Assembly (NCBI GenBank): GCA_951406725.2
Contig: OX597815.1
Coordinates: 108,438,001 to 108,502,000 of the forward strand
DNA length: 64,000 bases
Direction: 5' to 3'
DNA from: Octopus vulgaris
Taxonomy: Eukaryota
In this document: positions 37,079 to 48,439 of the stretch, piece by piece
Position numbering within the stretch: the first letter of the stretch is position 1
Layout of the letters: the number at the start of each line of letters is the position of its first letter
Position numbers and translations under genes: made by a program
The notes under the pieces: generated by a model
The model's input: only the letters and a program-made list of their open reading frames with translations
Database searches by the model: none
What the model was told of the DNA's origin: nothing

Positions 37079-37600
37079 TATATATATATATGTATATATG
37101 TATATGTAGGTACATTCTCCTCATCTCTGTTCTGTGTTTCTTGTGTGCCACCTCCAAACTCTGGGTCTTCTTCTAAAGTTGATACTAACTACACATTCAC
37201 AAATACAAATGCAGAGACACAAAACGCATATACACATGTTCATATAAGTGTGTGTATTTATTTTATTTTATTTTATATATACTCACACACATATATAATT
37301 ATATGTATATATACATATATATATTTATTGGAAGGTTTTGAGATGATGTACATGTATCTTATATTAGAAGAAATGAGGTACTCAGAAATTCAGATGGTTT
37401 TATATTTACAGATATTTATTTGCATATTACATGTTTTCATACATCATATAACTTAGATCATGTATTAGCGCTTTCTCCCATTCTAGTGGGGTTTTCAAAT
37501 CAAACTAAGTTCCTGTGTAAAGAGTTTTGACCACTTTATAGTGTTATTGAGTGGTGGGAAGGGATATATGACAGTATAAGAGGGTGATGGATGAGGAGAA

Positions 37601-37636
<36 letters not shown>

Positions 37637-37893
37637 TGTGTGTTTGTGTGTGTGTGCGTGTGTGTGTTTTTGTATTTGGGAGGTGTGTTAAAGAAAAAGA
37701 GGGGAAGGGGGAGGGAAGAAGAAGAAAAACATTTTTGTTCTGCTGGACAGGATGTTTACTCCAAGGGGGGTGTCTAAGATCTTGGGGGAAAAGAATTTGA
37801 GTTTTGACCATTTCATAGTGTTATTGAGTGTGTAGTGGTGGGGAGGGACATAAGGACATAAGAAGGTATATATGTATGTATGTATGTATATAT

Positions 37894-37947
<54 letters not shown>

Positions 37948-38122
37948 ATGTGTGTGTGTGTGTGTATAAACATGTATATATATTACTGTGTCTAATTTGT
38001 TTATCAGCAAAATTACATCTGTCTGTCTGTCTCTCTCTGTATATACATATGTATATATATGTGTGAACTAAGGCTATCATTGGAAATAAACAAAGAGAGA
38101 ATAAAAAATTTTTGGAGCTAAC

Positions 38123-38372
38123 AGTTTCAGTTTCTATCTACCAAATTCACTCACAAGGCTTTGGTCAGCCTGAAGCTATAGTAGAAGACACTTCCCCAAA
38201 ATGCCACACTGAGACTGAACCCAGAACCATGTGGTTGGAAAGCAAGCTTCTTACCACACAACTACTCCTGTGCCTACTCACAAGGGGTTTGGTTGGCCCA
38301 AAGCTATAGTAGAAGACACTTGCTCAAGGTGCCATGCAGTGGGACTGGGCCCAGAACTATGTAGTTGGGAAG
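38123..38372 (-). mobile_element. Two tandem 5' fragments of SINE family A
   Basis: actcacaagg...gctatagtagaagacactt occurs twice. Confidence 0.75.
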
Positions 38373-38994
38373 CATGTATGTATTTATGGATGAATGGATG
38401 TTTGATACGGATGTAGTCTTTAGTTACGAGCAAACACAGACAGTCTCAGCTCTCTCACATATGATCCAATAGAACATCAATGGATGGAGCTGCTTGGAAG
38501 AGAGAAGGCTACACCAGAAGACTGTCAATGCTCATTTTCAGTTAAGTAGACAAGTGCAACATGAAGCTCAAGGCACAACACACTGCTTGGTTCATTTCGG
38601 ATCATTAGGAAAACATCTTGGACACTAAACTGCATACCTTCACAGTCATAGAGACACATGAATTCTGTGCAAAAGATTGCAGTTGGATCTATCTCCTTCA
38701 CAGAGAAGATAGAGGTGCTGGAATATGTGCAACATGCATATAAAAGCCAGTATAAAGCTTCATTGTGCGAGTAACTTCTGCAACAGGCCACTACTGAAAT
38801 TCTAAATTACATACCTTGTGTCTCAGGGTTGGTTGCTGTCATTTCATCTGCTGGGAATATTACACGTGCTTATCCTCTTCAGCATCATCATCATCACCAC
38901 CACCACCACCACTACCACCGCCGCCACCACCCCACCACCACTGCCACTGTTGCTGCTGCTGCCATCACAGCCACCACCACCACCACTGCCACCA

Positions 38995-39195
38995 GGGCTA
39001 GAAAGCTGGAAGGCTGTACCAGACTCTAGTCAGATTTGGCATGGCTTCTATGGCTAGATGCCCTTCTGTGAGTGTAATGGGTGCTTTTATGTGCCACCCG
39101 CACAGGTGCCATTTGTAAAACCAGTGTCTGCCACAACTGCAATTTCATTTGGCTTGATGAGTCTTCTCGAGCATGGCATAATGCCAAATATTTTC
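38995..39195 (-). mobile_element. RTE-type 3' UTR fragment
   Basis: gggtgcttttatgtgccacc, gagtcttctcgagcatggcataatgcc. Confidence 0.65.
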
Positions 39196-39304
39196 CATAA
39201 TGAGGAAATATCACCATTTGTAGTCATTTCTTTGCATTTGGAGGTACAAATACATGGGTGGATTAAGCATAGAGAGTAGCTTTTGAGATCCACCACTCAC
39301 ACAT

Positions 39305-39530
39305 TCTTTCCTTTTATTTGTTTCACTCATTTGACAGTGGCCATGATGGAGCACCACCTTTAGTTGAACAAATTGACTCCAGGACTTATTCTTTGTAGGC
39401 CTTGTACTTATTTTATTGGTCTATTTTGGAGAAGCGCTAAGTTACAGGGACATAAACACACCAACATCAGTTGTCAAGCAATGGCAGGGGGACAAACACA
39501 GACATACAAACACACACACACACACATGCA

Positions 39531-39561
<31 letters not shown>

Positions 39562-39657
39562 GAAGGGCTTCTTTCACTCACAAGGATTTTGTCAGCCTGA
39601 GGCTTTAGTAGAAGACACTTTCCCAAGGTGTCACACAGTGGGACAGCTACTCCTGCA
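39305..39657 (-). mobile_element. SINE family A
   Basis: Homology to 22137-22612. Confidence 0.8.
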
Positions 39658-39779
39658 CATATGATTATATGCACCATTGTTACTGTTCTAAAAGACATCA
39701 ACAACAGAAAATAGTTATCATCATATCCAATGTTCAGTCATTAACCAAGCAATCACATACTCACACACAAACACACATG

Positions 39780-39975
39780 TGAATCGTTGGTGATTTTCTT
39801 CCTCCGCCTTCCCTTCTATTGGACTTTCTTCTGTTTCCGAAGAAGAGTGTCTACTCAAAATGTCAAACCATCTTTCTTTCTTTTCCTGAGTCTCTACTAA
39901 AACATTACATGTGCCACATCTTTGCATTGTTGTTTTTTTGTGTTTGTTTTTTTGGGGGAGGATTTACTATATATA
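39780..39975 (+). mobile_element. Penelope-like terminal fragment with decayed hammerhead (39833-39868)
   Basis: gttt ccgaaga a gagt gtct actc aaaa tgtc aaac; downstream sequence matches the reverse complement of 18621-18720. Confidence 0.55.
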
Positions 39976-40019
39976 AACATGCATGTGTGAGCATGTGTCT
40001 CTGTGTGTACGGTGATTGA

Positions 40020-40360
40020 AAAGACCTGGCAACTAAAGTGAGATTGTAGTCATGCATGTCTGGCCCAGTTAAAAGTGCTCCTGATGTGTCAGGCAATATG
40101 ATATGCTTGAGAAGACCTGTTGTATCAAGTCAAACCAATATCGTAGCTGTGGCCAGTGCCCCCTGACTGGCTCCCATGCTGGTGGCATGTAAAAAGCACC
40201 CACTACACTCTCACAGTGGTTAGCATTAGAAAGGGTATCCAGTTGTAGAAACATTGCCAGATCAGATTGGAACATGGTGCAGCCGCTGGCTCTCCAGACC
40301 TCAGTCAAACTGTCCAACCCATGGCAGCATTGAAAACGGACATTAAACGATGATGATGAT
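40020..40360 (+). mobile_element. RTE-type 3' end
   Basis: gcttgagaagacctg, aaaagcacccactacactctc, (GAT)n tail. Confidence 0.78.
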
Positions 40361-40385
40361 AATGGTATATATATATATATATATT

Positions 40386-41052
40386 GGTATCGGCATCCGT
40401 CTGCCTCGAGAGACGATGTTGTAGCTCAGAAAAGGTAGTGGGTTTATCTGCACTTCTTGGTGTGGCTGTCAGACCAATCATCGAGTGGCAGTCTCTACCA
40501 CATCTGGTGCAAGTGAAAGGGGATGAGAGCTGTGATTTCTGCTTCTGCTACCTGTTGAGCTACAAGGCCTGGGCAGGTTTGTATGAGGGATCAGCTGTTG
40601 CCCATGCAGTTTGATCCCCCCTCTCCACGCAGCTGGTAGCTCCAAGGGAACAACAGGTCGATACAGCTTGGTACCAGATGCGTTGCAGGAGTTGCCGGTG
40701 ATGACGTGTTGTGTCAGGCCGCCTTAGGGACTCCAGCTCCGAATTTTCCCCTTAGCCTTCCCCAGGAGGGGGTCTTGCCGCAAGGCAGCGGAGGTTTGAA
40801 ATCAGAGTTTCCCTTCCCTAGTTGGGCTGCCAGTCAAGGCTATCGAGTCCCAACTACCCAAAGCAACTGGTTTTAAGGTGCCAGTGACTCGCCTTTGCCC
40901 CTTCTTCTGTCAGTGGGAACAGTTTTGCCGCGTGAAGGCCAGGAGTTGGACTTGACAGTCAGAGGCTATTTGAGACGCATGCCGTGGGAGCACTTTGTAG
41001 GCAGTGGGAGCTTATACCCACTACCACTCCCGGCTATGACAGCCTTTGAAAC

Positions 41053-41054
<2 letters not shown>
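40386..41054 (-). mobile_element. Bipartite non-autonomous RTE-derived element (5' UTR joined to 3' end)
   Basis: GC-rich ~670 bp between (TA)n tracts; 3' part encodes FTCTRCGRDCHSMIGL (RTE C-terminal Zn-finger-like) and ends tcgtctctcgaggcagacggatgcc; 5' part resembles RTE 5' UTRs (ggagctggagtccctaaggc...ggcaactcctg). Confidence 0.65.
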
Positions 41055-41130
<76 letters not shown>

Positions 41131-41131
41131 C

Positions 41132-41180
<49 letters not shown>

Positions 41181-41452
41181 CATATATATATATATGTGGG
41201 GGGGTGGAAGTATGCATTTCTCCTACATTGATGTGTGCATGTTGAATGTAAAATGAGTCACTGTTCTTACAAACAGTGTTGCTTGTTTACAATTCTCAGT
41301 GAAAGGAAAGCATAGCCATCCTGTTCATTGTTTGGTAGCCGAAGGAAAATATTACCCTGCTTGGAAACTGGTGATTGGAAGTCTGTAGAAAAAAAACTGC
41401 CTTAAGAAAGTCTATGACCTAGGAAAGTATCAATATAGTGATGGTGCTGCTG

Positions 41453-41495
<43 letters not shown>

Positions 41496-41542
41496 TACAT
41501 ATATATATGTATGTGTATATATATATATATATATATTTATAT

Positions 41543-42250
41543 ATAGAGGGCATTATACATACATGCCAAATGCTAAGAGGGACAATTAGTCATTTCTACC
41601 AAAAATATTACTAATCCCACCGAATGCAATTTTTCAAAGTAAGACATTTAAAAAATATAGACCTGTATCACAGTGATTTCATACTTACGTACTCATCAGC
41701 AGGCCTGAATGCATTATAAATAAACAACGACCCTGCCCCGCTTAAGTCGATCAGCTAACTGTTCAACATCAACGAAGCACATGGGTGAGTTTACATATAT
41801 TTCATCCGGTCAAATGGCAAACTTTTACGAATTGCATTTCGGGAGAGGAAAAGTTTTTTCGGAATAAAAATTTAGCAATTAAGGACAACTACTTAATAAG
41901 GAAAACTTAACAAGAAATTGTCAGGTAGATAGCGTAAAAACCTCATAAGAGAAAAAATTTCGAAAATAATTATTTCTTATTGAACATATTAATTTATATA
42001 TAGAGGGCATTATACATACATGCCAGAAGGCATTATACATACATGCCAAACGCTAAGAGGGACAATTAGTCATTTCTACCAAAAATATTACTAATCCCAC
42101 CGAATGCAATTTTTCAAAGTAAGACATTTAAAAAATATAGACCTGTATCACAGTGATTTCATACATTTTTTCTCTTATGAGGTTTTTACGCTATCTACCT
42201 GACAATTTCTTGTTAAGTTTTCCTTATTAAGTAGTTGTCCTTAATTGCTA
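41543..42250. mobile_element. Penelope-like terminal cassette (direct plus inverted repeats) inside (TA)n
   Basis: 41543-41685 is repeated at about 42001-42165; about 41873-41958 is inverted at about 42166-42250; contains a canonical hammerhead. Confidence 0.75.
41662..41703 (-). ncRNA. Type I hammerhead ribozyme motif with canonical core
   Basis: Reverse complement reads cctg CTGATGA gtac gtaa gtat GAAA tcac t gtga TA cagg. Confidence 0.82.
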
Positions 42251-42396
42251 TATATATATATATATATATATATACATACACACATATATATATATATATA
42301 TACATATATATATGTATATGTATGAATTTATGTATATATGTATATATATGCATATATATATATACATATGTATTTAGGTATATATGTATATATATG

Positions 42397-42440
<44 letters not shown>

Positions 42441-43176
42441 CATGTATATATGCACATATGTACATACACATACATTCTTCTTTTTTACTTTTATCGAGTA
42501 CATTTCATTACAGGACACTTTTATTTCTATATTTCTATTTTATATTTTATTCTTTTATTTGCCTTGATTTTATTTCATTTTCTTATTTATTTATAATTTG
42601 GCATTTACAATATAATCCCATGCAGGCTTGCCTTCATAGCCCCCAATTTATATAATATATTTGGTTTTAGACTATTAAATTAATTATCTAGTTGCTACAA
42701 ATTTCAATGTATATTCTTTACTGCTATTGCCTGACGAAACATTACTTTAAAGTGAATTAGCTATATTAGATTACACCAATATATCAATTTTTGATTTCCT
42801 CATATAACCCTAAACTCCATCACATATCTTCTATACGTTCCATTTACTTACATGATTTATATTAAAATTTTTCCCTTAGCCACCCCTACAGGATATAACC
42901 AAATAATTGATTGGTGCCATATCCACTTAGACAGACACCTTCAGACAATCAACCAATTAATCAAATCACTAGTTCCTTCAACTATCCTTCAATATAATTT
43001 TAAATCTCCATCCGGAAAATTGTAATAAATTTAGTGTCCATTAATTTACAAATTACCACTGCAGTTAGCAAAATTTATTTTTATTCATTTTTAGCATGTT
43101 TTGGAAAATTCAGACACGAATATTTGTTTCTTGTTATTTTTTTTTTATCAGAGAACATCTTCTTTTCTTCTTAGAT

Positions 43177-43431
43177 CAGTGGTTCTTAACCATTTTTGGC
43201 CTATGGGCCCCTTTGATTCCTATTATATTCTACTGGACTGTCATACCCATTCAGTGTTTGAAAAAATCCTCTAATGTTTTTGTATAATTAAATATTATTA
43301 GGAACTGTATAACATTTTTTAAAACATTTAGTGTATTATAGAACTATTGCCAATTTATTGCACATAAATTTTAATGGCAGAATGTTATACTGACCTCCAA
43401 GGGTCATGTGGACCCTGGTGGAGAACCACTG
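43177..43431. mobile_element. hAT (Charlie-like) MITE
   Basis: TIRs cagtggttct and agaaccactg; 8-bp flanks tcttagat/atttagat (imperfect TSD); a related terminus lies at about 7130-7170. Confidence 0.75.
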
Positions 43432-44429
43432 ATTTAGATGAAGCGTGTTCATAACACACATGACTCACTGGTGTTAGGGAACTTTGAGACACTGCAGTGT
43501 TTTGGCCTCGTTGTATGGCTCATCAGCCAAAAATACCCTACCAAACTGAGGACTATGACAAAAGCACGAGCAGTCTGTTTTGGCAGACATCAGTATGTAT
43601 CAGTAAATAATGTGTTTAGTGATTTCTATAAACAAGAGGTCATGCTCTAGTTAGATTGATCAGTTTGGCAGTGTAGTTTTGACTGAGGAGACACACAATT
43701 AGATCCAAATACTTCTGCGTCTCAAAGATCCTTTGCCTTTATGAATTACATGTATACTGAACTACATTGTCTAAAACAAGGTGTTCTCTGATGATGAAAA
43801 CCAACAACAATTGGACGTTCACCTTCAAATCTGCCAGAAGGTATTAAGAATAAATGCTTACATTATTGTTTAGATTCTTACTGTTTTGCATGCAACCTAT
43901 GAATGATTAAATTTATATTATTTTACATGATATTTTATTTTCTAATATTTTCGACAAACCCTGAATATTTACTTTTCTTACAGCTTTAAATTATGTATGT
44001 AGTTTTATTAGAATTTTTGTTTTTCATAATTTAGATTCATTATATTCTTTGTAATTTATCCAATTGCTGAATTAAACTTTGCATACTCAGAATTATCTTT
44101 CCTAAAATAATTCTTTTTAATTTAGTTACAAGGCTGACAATATTATGAGGAGTTGATTATCAACATCAGTATTTGATTAATACTTTATTCCATTGAACTA
44201 GAAGAATGAAAGTCAAAGATATCGTTATGGGAATTTGAAATTAGAACTTAGAAATTAGAATCAAGAGATACTGCAATGTCTTTTGTATGTAACTCTAATG
44301 ATTTGAATAATTTACTGCCTAAAATAATAACAACAGTTAAGGAATCTTTATATTTTTGTAATATCATTAGCTTTTACACACATGTAATAAATAAACCATA
44401 AATTTCTAGTTGTCATCATGTATTGTATG

Positions 44430-44905
44430 CCTGCAGAGCATGGATGACATTACAACGAAAGTCTTCCTGATTAAGTGTGAGTTTTCCAGCTGCCTTGCCA
44501 CTCTTGTCTAACCAGCTCATGATATTATCCATCCATTGCATTCTTTGCCTACCTCTTGATCTACTGCCCTCTACTCTTCCTTCCATGTTAATGTTTTCCA
44601 GACTTCTGCTTCTTCAATTATAGCCATAATAGAATGCTTTTGTTTTTTCACAATGTTCAGGAGTTGCCATCTTTCACCTACCTGCTGTAGTACCTATTCA
44701 TTTGTCTCATGGTCCTTGTAAGAGATGCATAACATTTCTCTTATACACCCACATTTCAAACACTTTGATTGTGATTTCTTTAAATTTGTTCAGAGTCCAT
44801 GCTTCACAACTATAAATGCCTATTGCCAAAATAAGCACTTGCATTACCCCTGTTTTTAACTTGGTTGGGACACTTTTGCAGCTCCAGATGTTATTACTTC
44901 TCAAT
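44430..44905 (-). pseudogene. Decayed RTE LINE C-terminal fragment (second family)
   Basis: IWSCKSVPTKLK...IGIYSCEAWTLNK...VFEMWVY, GRVEGSRSRGRQRMQW. Confidence 0.75.
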
Positions 44906-45582
44906 AAATTTCATAGCCTTGTTTAAATTAAAAGTGGGAATTATCTCTATGTTCACATTATCTTACAAATGTGCTAAGTAAATTTGTTAAAGTATGAATT
45001 TCCTAAATTGTTATTTATCATTTAATTCTGATTCAACTATATTAATTTCTTTAATGGTGTCTGATTCATACTACTACATCTAAATTTATACATATTCATT
45101 TAATATTTTGAAATATAGCAACATATATTTCCTTTGACATTTTTATCTCTTTTTCCCCATTCCTTAGGCTTATTGATGATATATGACTTCTGTAACATAG
45201 CTCTAATATAAATTGAAATGAATTTGAAATTTTATCCATTTTTTTCTAGTTTAATGCTTCACATTTATTATAACCTAAAAGCAGTTACTAGTGACTTTCC
45301 CATAACAATTCCCCACAAAATTAATTCTGCTTACTTTTCAATTTTCCTACTAATTTGACTTTTACACATATGTGGTCTTATCTTAACAAATACACTAATA
45401 AATATATTGATAATTTTAGCTTTTCTAAGCACTACTTTGATCAGTCGCTAAATTAAAATTCTAAGCTTCAAAGTCAATTATCAAACTTTATTCAACTTAA
45501 TAAATGAATATAAATTATATGGTATTGAGTGATTCATTAAAAAAAATTGTAGATTTTTGTTCTTTAGGACAAACACACACTC

Positions 45583-45584
<2 letters not shown>

Positions 45585-45613
<29 letters not shown>

Positions 45614-45657
45614 TGTATGTATGTATGTATGTATGTATGTACGTATGTATGTATGTA

Positions 45658-45694
<37 letters not shown>

Positions 45695-45714
45695 ATGTAT
45701 GTATGTATGTATGT

Positions 45715-45754
<40 letters not shown>

Positions 45755-45870
45755 ATGTATGTATGTATGTATGCATGCTTGCATGCATGCATATATGTAT
45801 GCATGTGTATATGTATGTATGTATGCATGTATGCATGTATATATGTATGTATGCATGTATGTGTGTATGT
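45585..45870. repeat. (TATG)n/(TG)n microsatellite
   Basis: Directly visible; a second block lies at 46285-46460. Confidence 0.95.
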
Positions 45871-45871
45871 C

Positions 45872-46255
45872 ATTATTCAGTTTATTTCAAGACTTCTTGC
45901 CAATACAGAAAGAACCAGTTTCTAACCTAGATCCAAGGCTCCTTCATTGGAATTTCAACATCAACAACAGGGCATTTTTGTTTGTATTGTTGTTGTACGT
46001 ATGTATGTGTGCATGTGTGTATGTATGTATTATGTACATTTGTGCAGGTTTGTATGTCTTATGTATGTATTGTTATGCATATAGTTACTATCTAGACATG
46101 CTCATATATATTTAGATAAGTATGAATGTATGTATATGACATTATTTAGCTTTATTTCAAGATTTCTTGCCAACAGAGAAAGAGCCAGTTTCTAACCTAG
46201 ATCCAAGGCTCCTTCATTGGAATTTCAACAGCAACAGCAGGGTATTTTTGTTTAT
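45872..46255. repeat. Direct repeat of ~110 bp (45872-45985 and 46141-46255)
   Basis: ccagtttctaacctagatccaaggctccttcattggaatttcaaca is identical in both. Confidence 0.9.
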
Positions 46256-46310
46256 ATGTATATGTGTAGATTTGTATGTTTGGTATTATGTATGTATGTA
46301 TGTATATATG

Positions 46311-46344
<34 letters not shown>

Positions 46345-46924
46345 TGTATGTATGTATGTATGTATGTATGTATGTATGTATGTATGTATGTATGTATGCA
46401 TGTATGTATGTATGTCTGCTTGTATGCATGCATGTATGTATGTATGTGTGTGTGTGTGCATATATATATGTACACATACATGCTTCCATGTGCACACTAC
46501 CGATTTCCCAGTGTTAATATTGATTAATCTTTCAATACGTTCTTCCCATTCTATATCTAACTCACACATATTGACAGAATCATGTTTGTAACTCGCTACA
46601 CATATAACATAACCCCTATCATCACTGTTTTAATGTCCACTTTTCTATGCTTACATGGGTCAGTCAGAATTGGTTAAGGTGAATTTTCTATGACTGGATG
46701 CCCTTTCTGTTGCTGTCCCTCACCTGTTACCAAACAAGGTAATATTTTCCCATGGCCAGACATGTTTTCACAGAAGATTGGAAATGAAAGACATTTCTTG
46801 CATGCTCCAGTATGACAACAGCCGCATGGCTGGAATGAGTAAAAGAGTAAAAGAGACAGTTACACTTGTTTACAACTACAACACATTATCAAGACAAGGC
46901 CATCCCACACACACACACCTGTAT

Positions 46925-47078
46925 ACACGGGCTTCTTTCAGTTTCTATTAACCAAAGCTACTCACAAGGCTTTGGTTGACCCAGGGCTATATTAGAGGAC
47001 GCTTGTCCAAGTTTCCCCATTGTGGGACTGAACTGAAGCCATGTGATTGTGAAGCAAACATTTTACCACACAGTCACC
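46925..47078 (-). mobile_element. SINE family A 5' fragment
   Basis: gggcttctttcagtttc...actcacaaggctttgg. Confidence 0.7.
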
Positions 47079-47079
47079 A

Positions 47080-47483
47080 TTGATTTCATTAATTTCACCT
47101 ACTCTTTGATTTCACTTTGACTGTTTCCCCCTCCACTGTCAATTTCCTTGACCTCTCAGTCACCACTAACTGTGTAAACCTTTTGCTCTTCCTACCTCTG
47201 TGATTATAACTTTGATCATATCCCTGACCTTATGTCTTGCCTCACACTTGCATCCCTACTTTTGTTCGTTGGGTGATTCCTCTTCATCATCCACTATTCT
47301 TTTATTTGTTTCAGTCATTTGACTGCAGCCATACTGGAGCACCGCCTTTAGTCGAACAAATTGACCCCAGGACTTATTCTTTGTAAGTCTAGTACTTATT
47401 CTATCAGTCTCTTTTGCCAAACACACCGGCATTGGTTGTCAAGCAATGGTGGGGGTGACAAACACAGACATACAAGTATATAC

Positions 47484-47545
<62 letters not shown>

Positions 47546-48130
47546 CAGGTTTCTTTCAGTTTCCATCTACGAAATACACTCACAAGGCTTTGGTCAGCCC
47601 AAGGCTATGGTAGAAGACACTTACCCAAAGTGCCACACAGTGGGACTGAACCTGGAACCAAGCTACTTTCCACAAACCATTCCTGTACCTACTATGATAA
47701 TTTATCTCTTCAATTGGCCCTCCTGTACACCTACCAGCTTTACTTAGGCCTCAACACTTCACCCATACTCCATCTCATTCCTCTCTTTAAACGAACCTTG
47801 TAACATACATAATCTTTTAGTCCATAACTGTCCAACACATTCTAATATCTAAGACCTTTCCCTTGTTCCTGAATCTGGTGAAAGACATACCATTACAACT
47901 ACAACACTACTACTCTCCTTGGACCCAAGCAATATTAGCTTATTTTTCACTAATAATTTCATCTTTACCACAAGTTTCCACTGTCTTAAATGTCAGTTCT
48001 ATGGCTTCATATACATTGGAGAAACCAGCCATATGTTAGCGAATCATATCACCAAGTGTATCACCATTTCCTGTCTCTTGCAATTTCAACTCACCCACCA
48101 ACACTATTTTTCACCACTCTATTTGTGATA
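47080..48130 (+). pseudogene. Highly decayed Penelope-like ORF (RT and GIY-YIG remnants), interrupted by a SINE
   Basis: FTLTVSPSTVNFLDLSV (FLD motif), CNIHNLLVH linker, C..C...FIYIGET GIY-YIG-like motif, in the expected order. Confidence 0.55.
47296..47690 (-). mobile_element. SINE family A
   Basis: Homology to 22137-22612. Confidence 0.82.
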
Positions 48131-48439
48131 TTCTTTTACATAATGCCTGTCTTTCTTTTCAGTATCACTAAAAAATAATGCTTCCTCTTTTGTCACAGTT
48201 ACTCCTTCTCATGCATAAATACTGTAGCTATTTTCACATATCTGCATCTTATAACACAGCTTCCCACCCTTACACATTGCAGCATATCATACCACATTAC
48301 ACTTACACATGAATTTCTACATCTACACATGCTAAACATATCACACACTCTCCCCTCTTGCTCATGCTGTAACCCAAATTATGTCTCTACTTCTGATCCT
48401 TCTATTTCGATTTTCAACTTCCTTTTTACACTAGTCTTG

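Noticed and set aside
37500-37870. Short duplicated segment gagttttgacca.tt.atagtgttattgagtg
   Set aside because: A small local duplication with no further structure
38680-38775. SISFTEKIEVLEYV peptide resembling a pogo/Tigger N-terminal HTH
   Set aside because: Too short, with no TIRs or further transposase motifs seen
42725-42770. ctgacga...gaa motif
   Set aside because: Flanking stems are unconvincing; at best a very decayed copy
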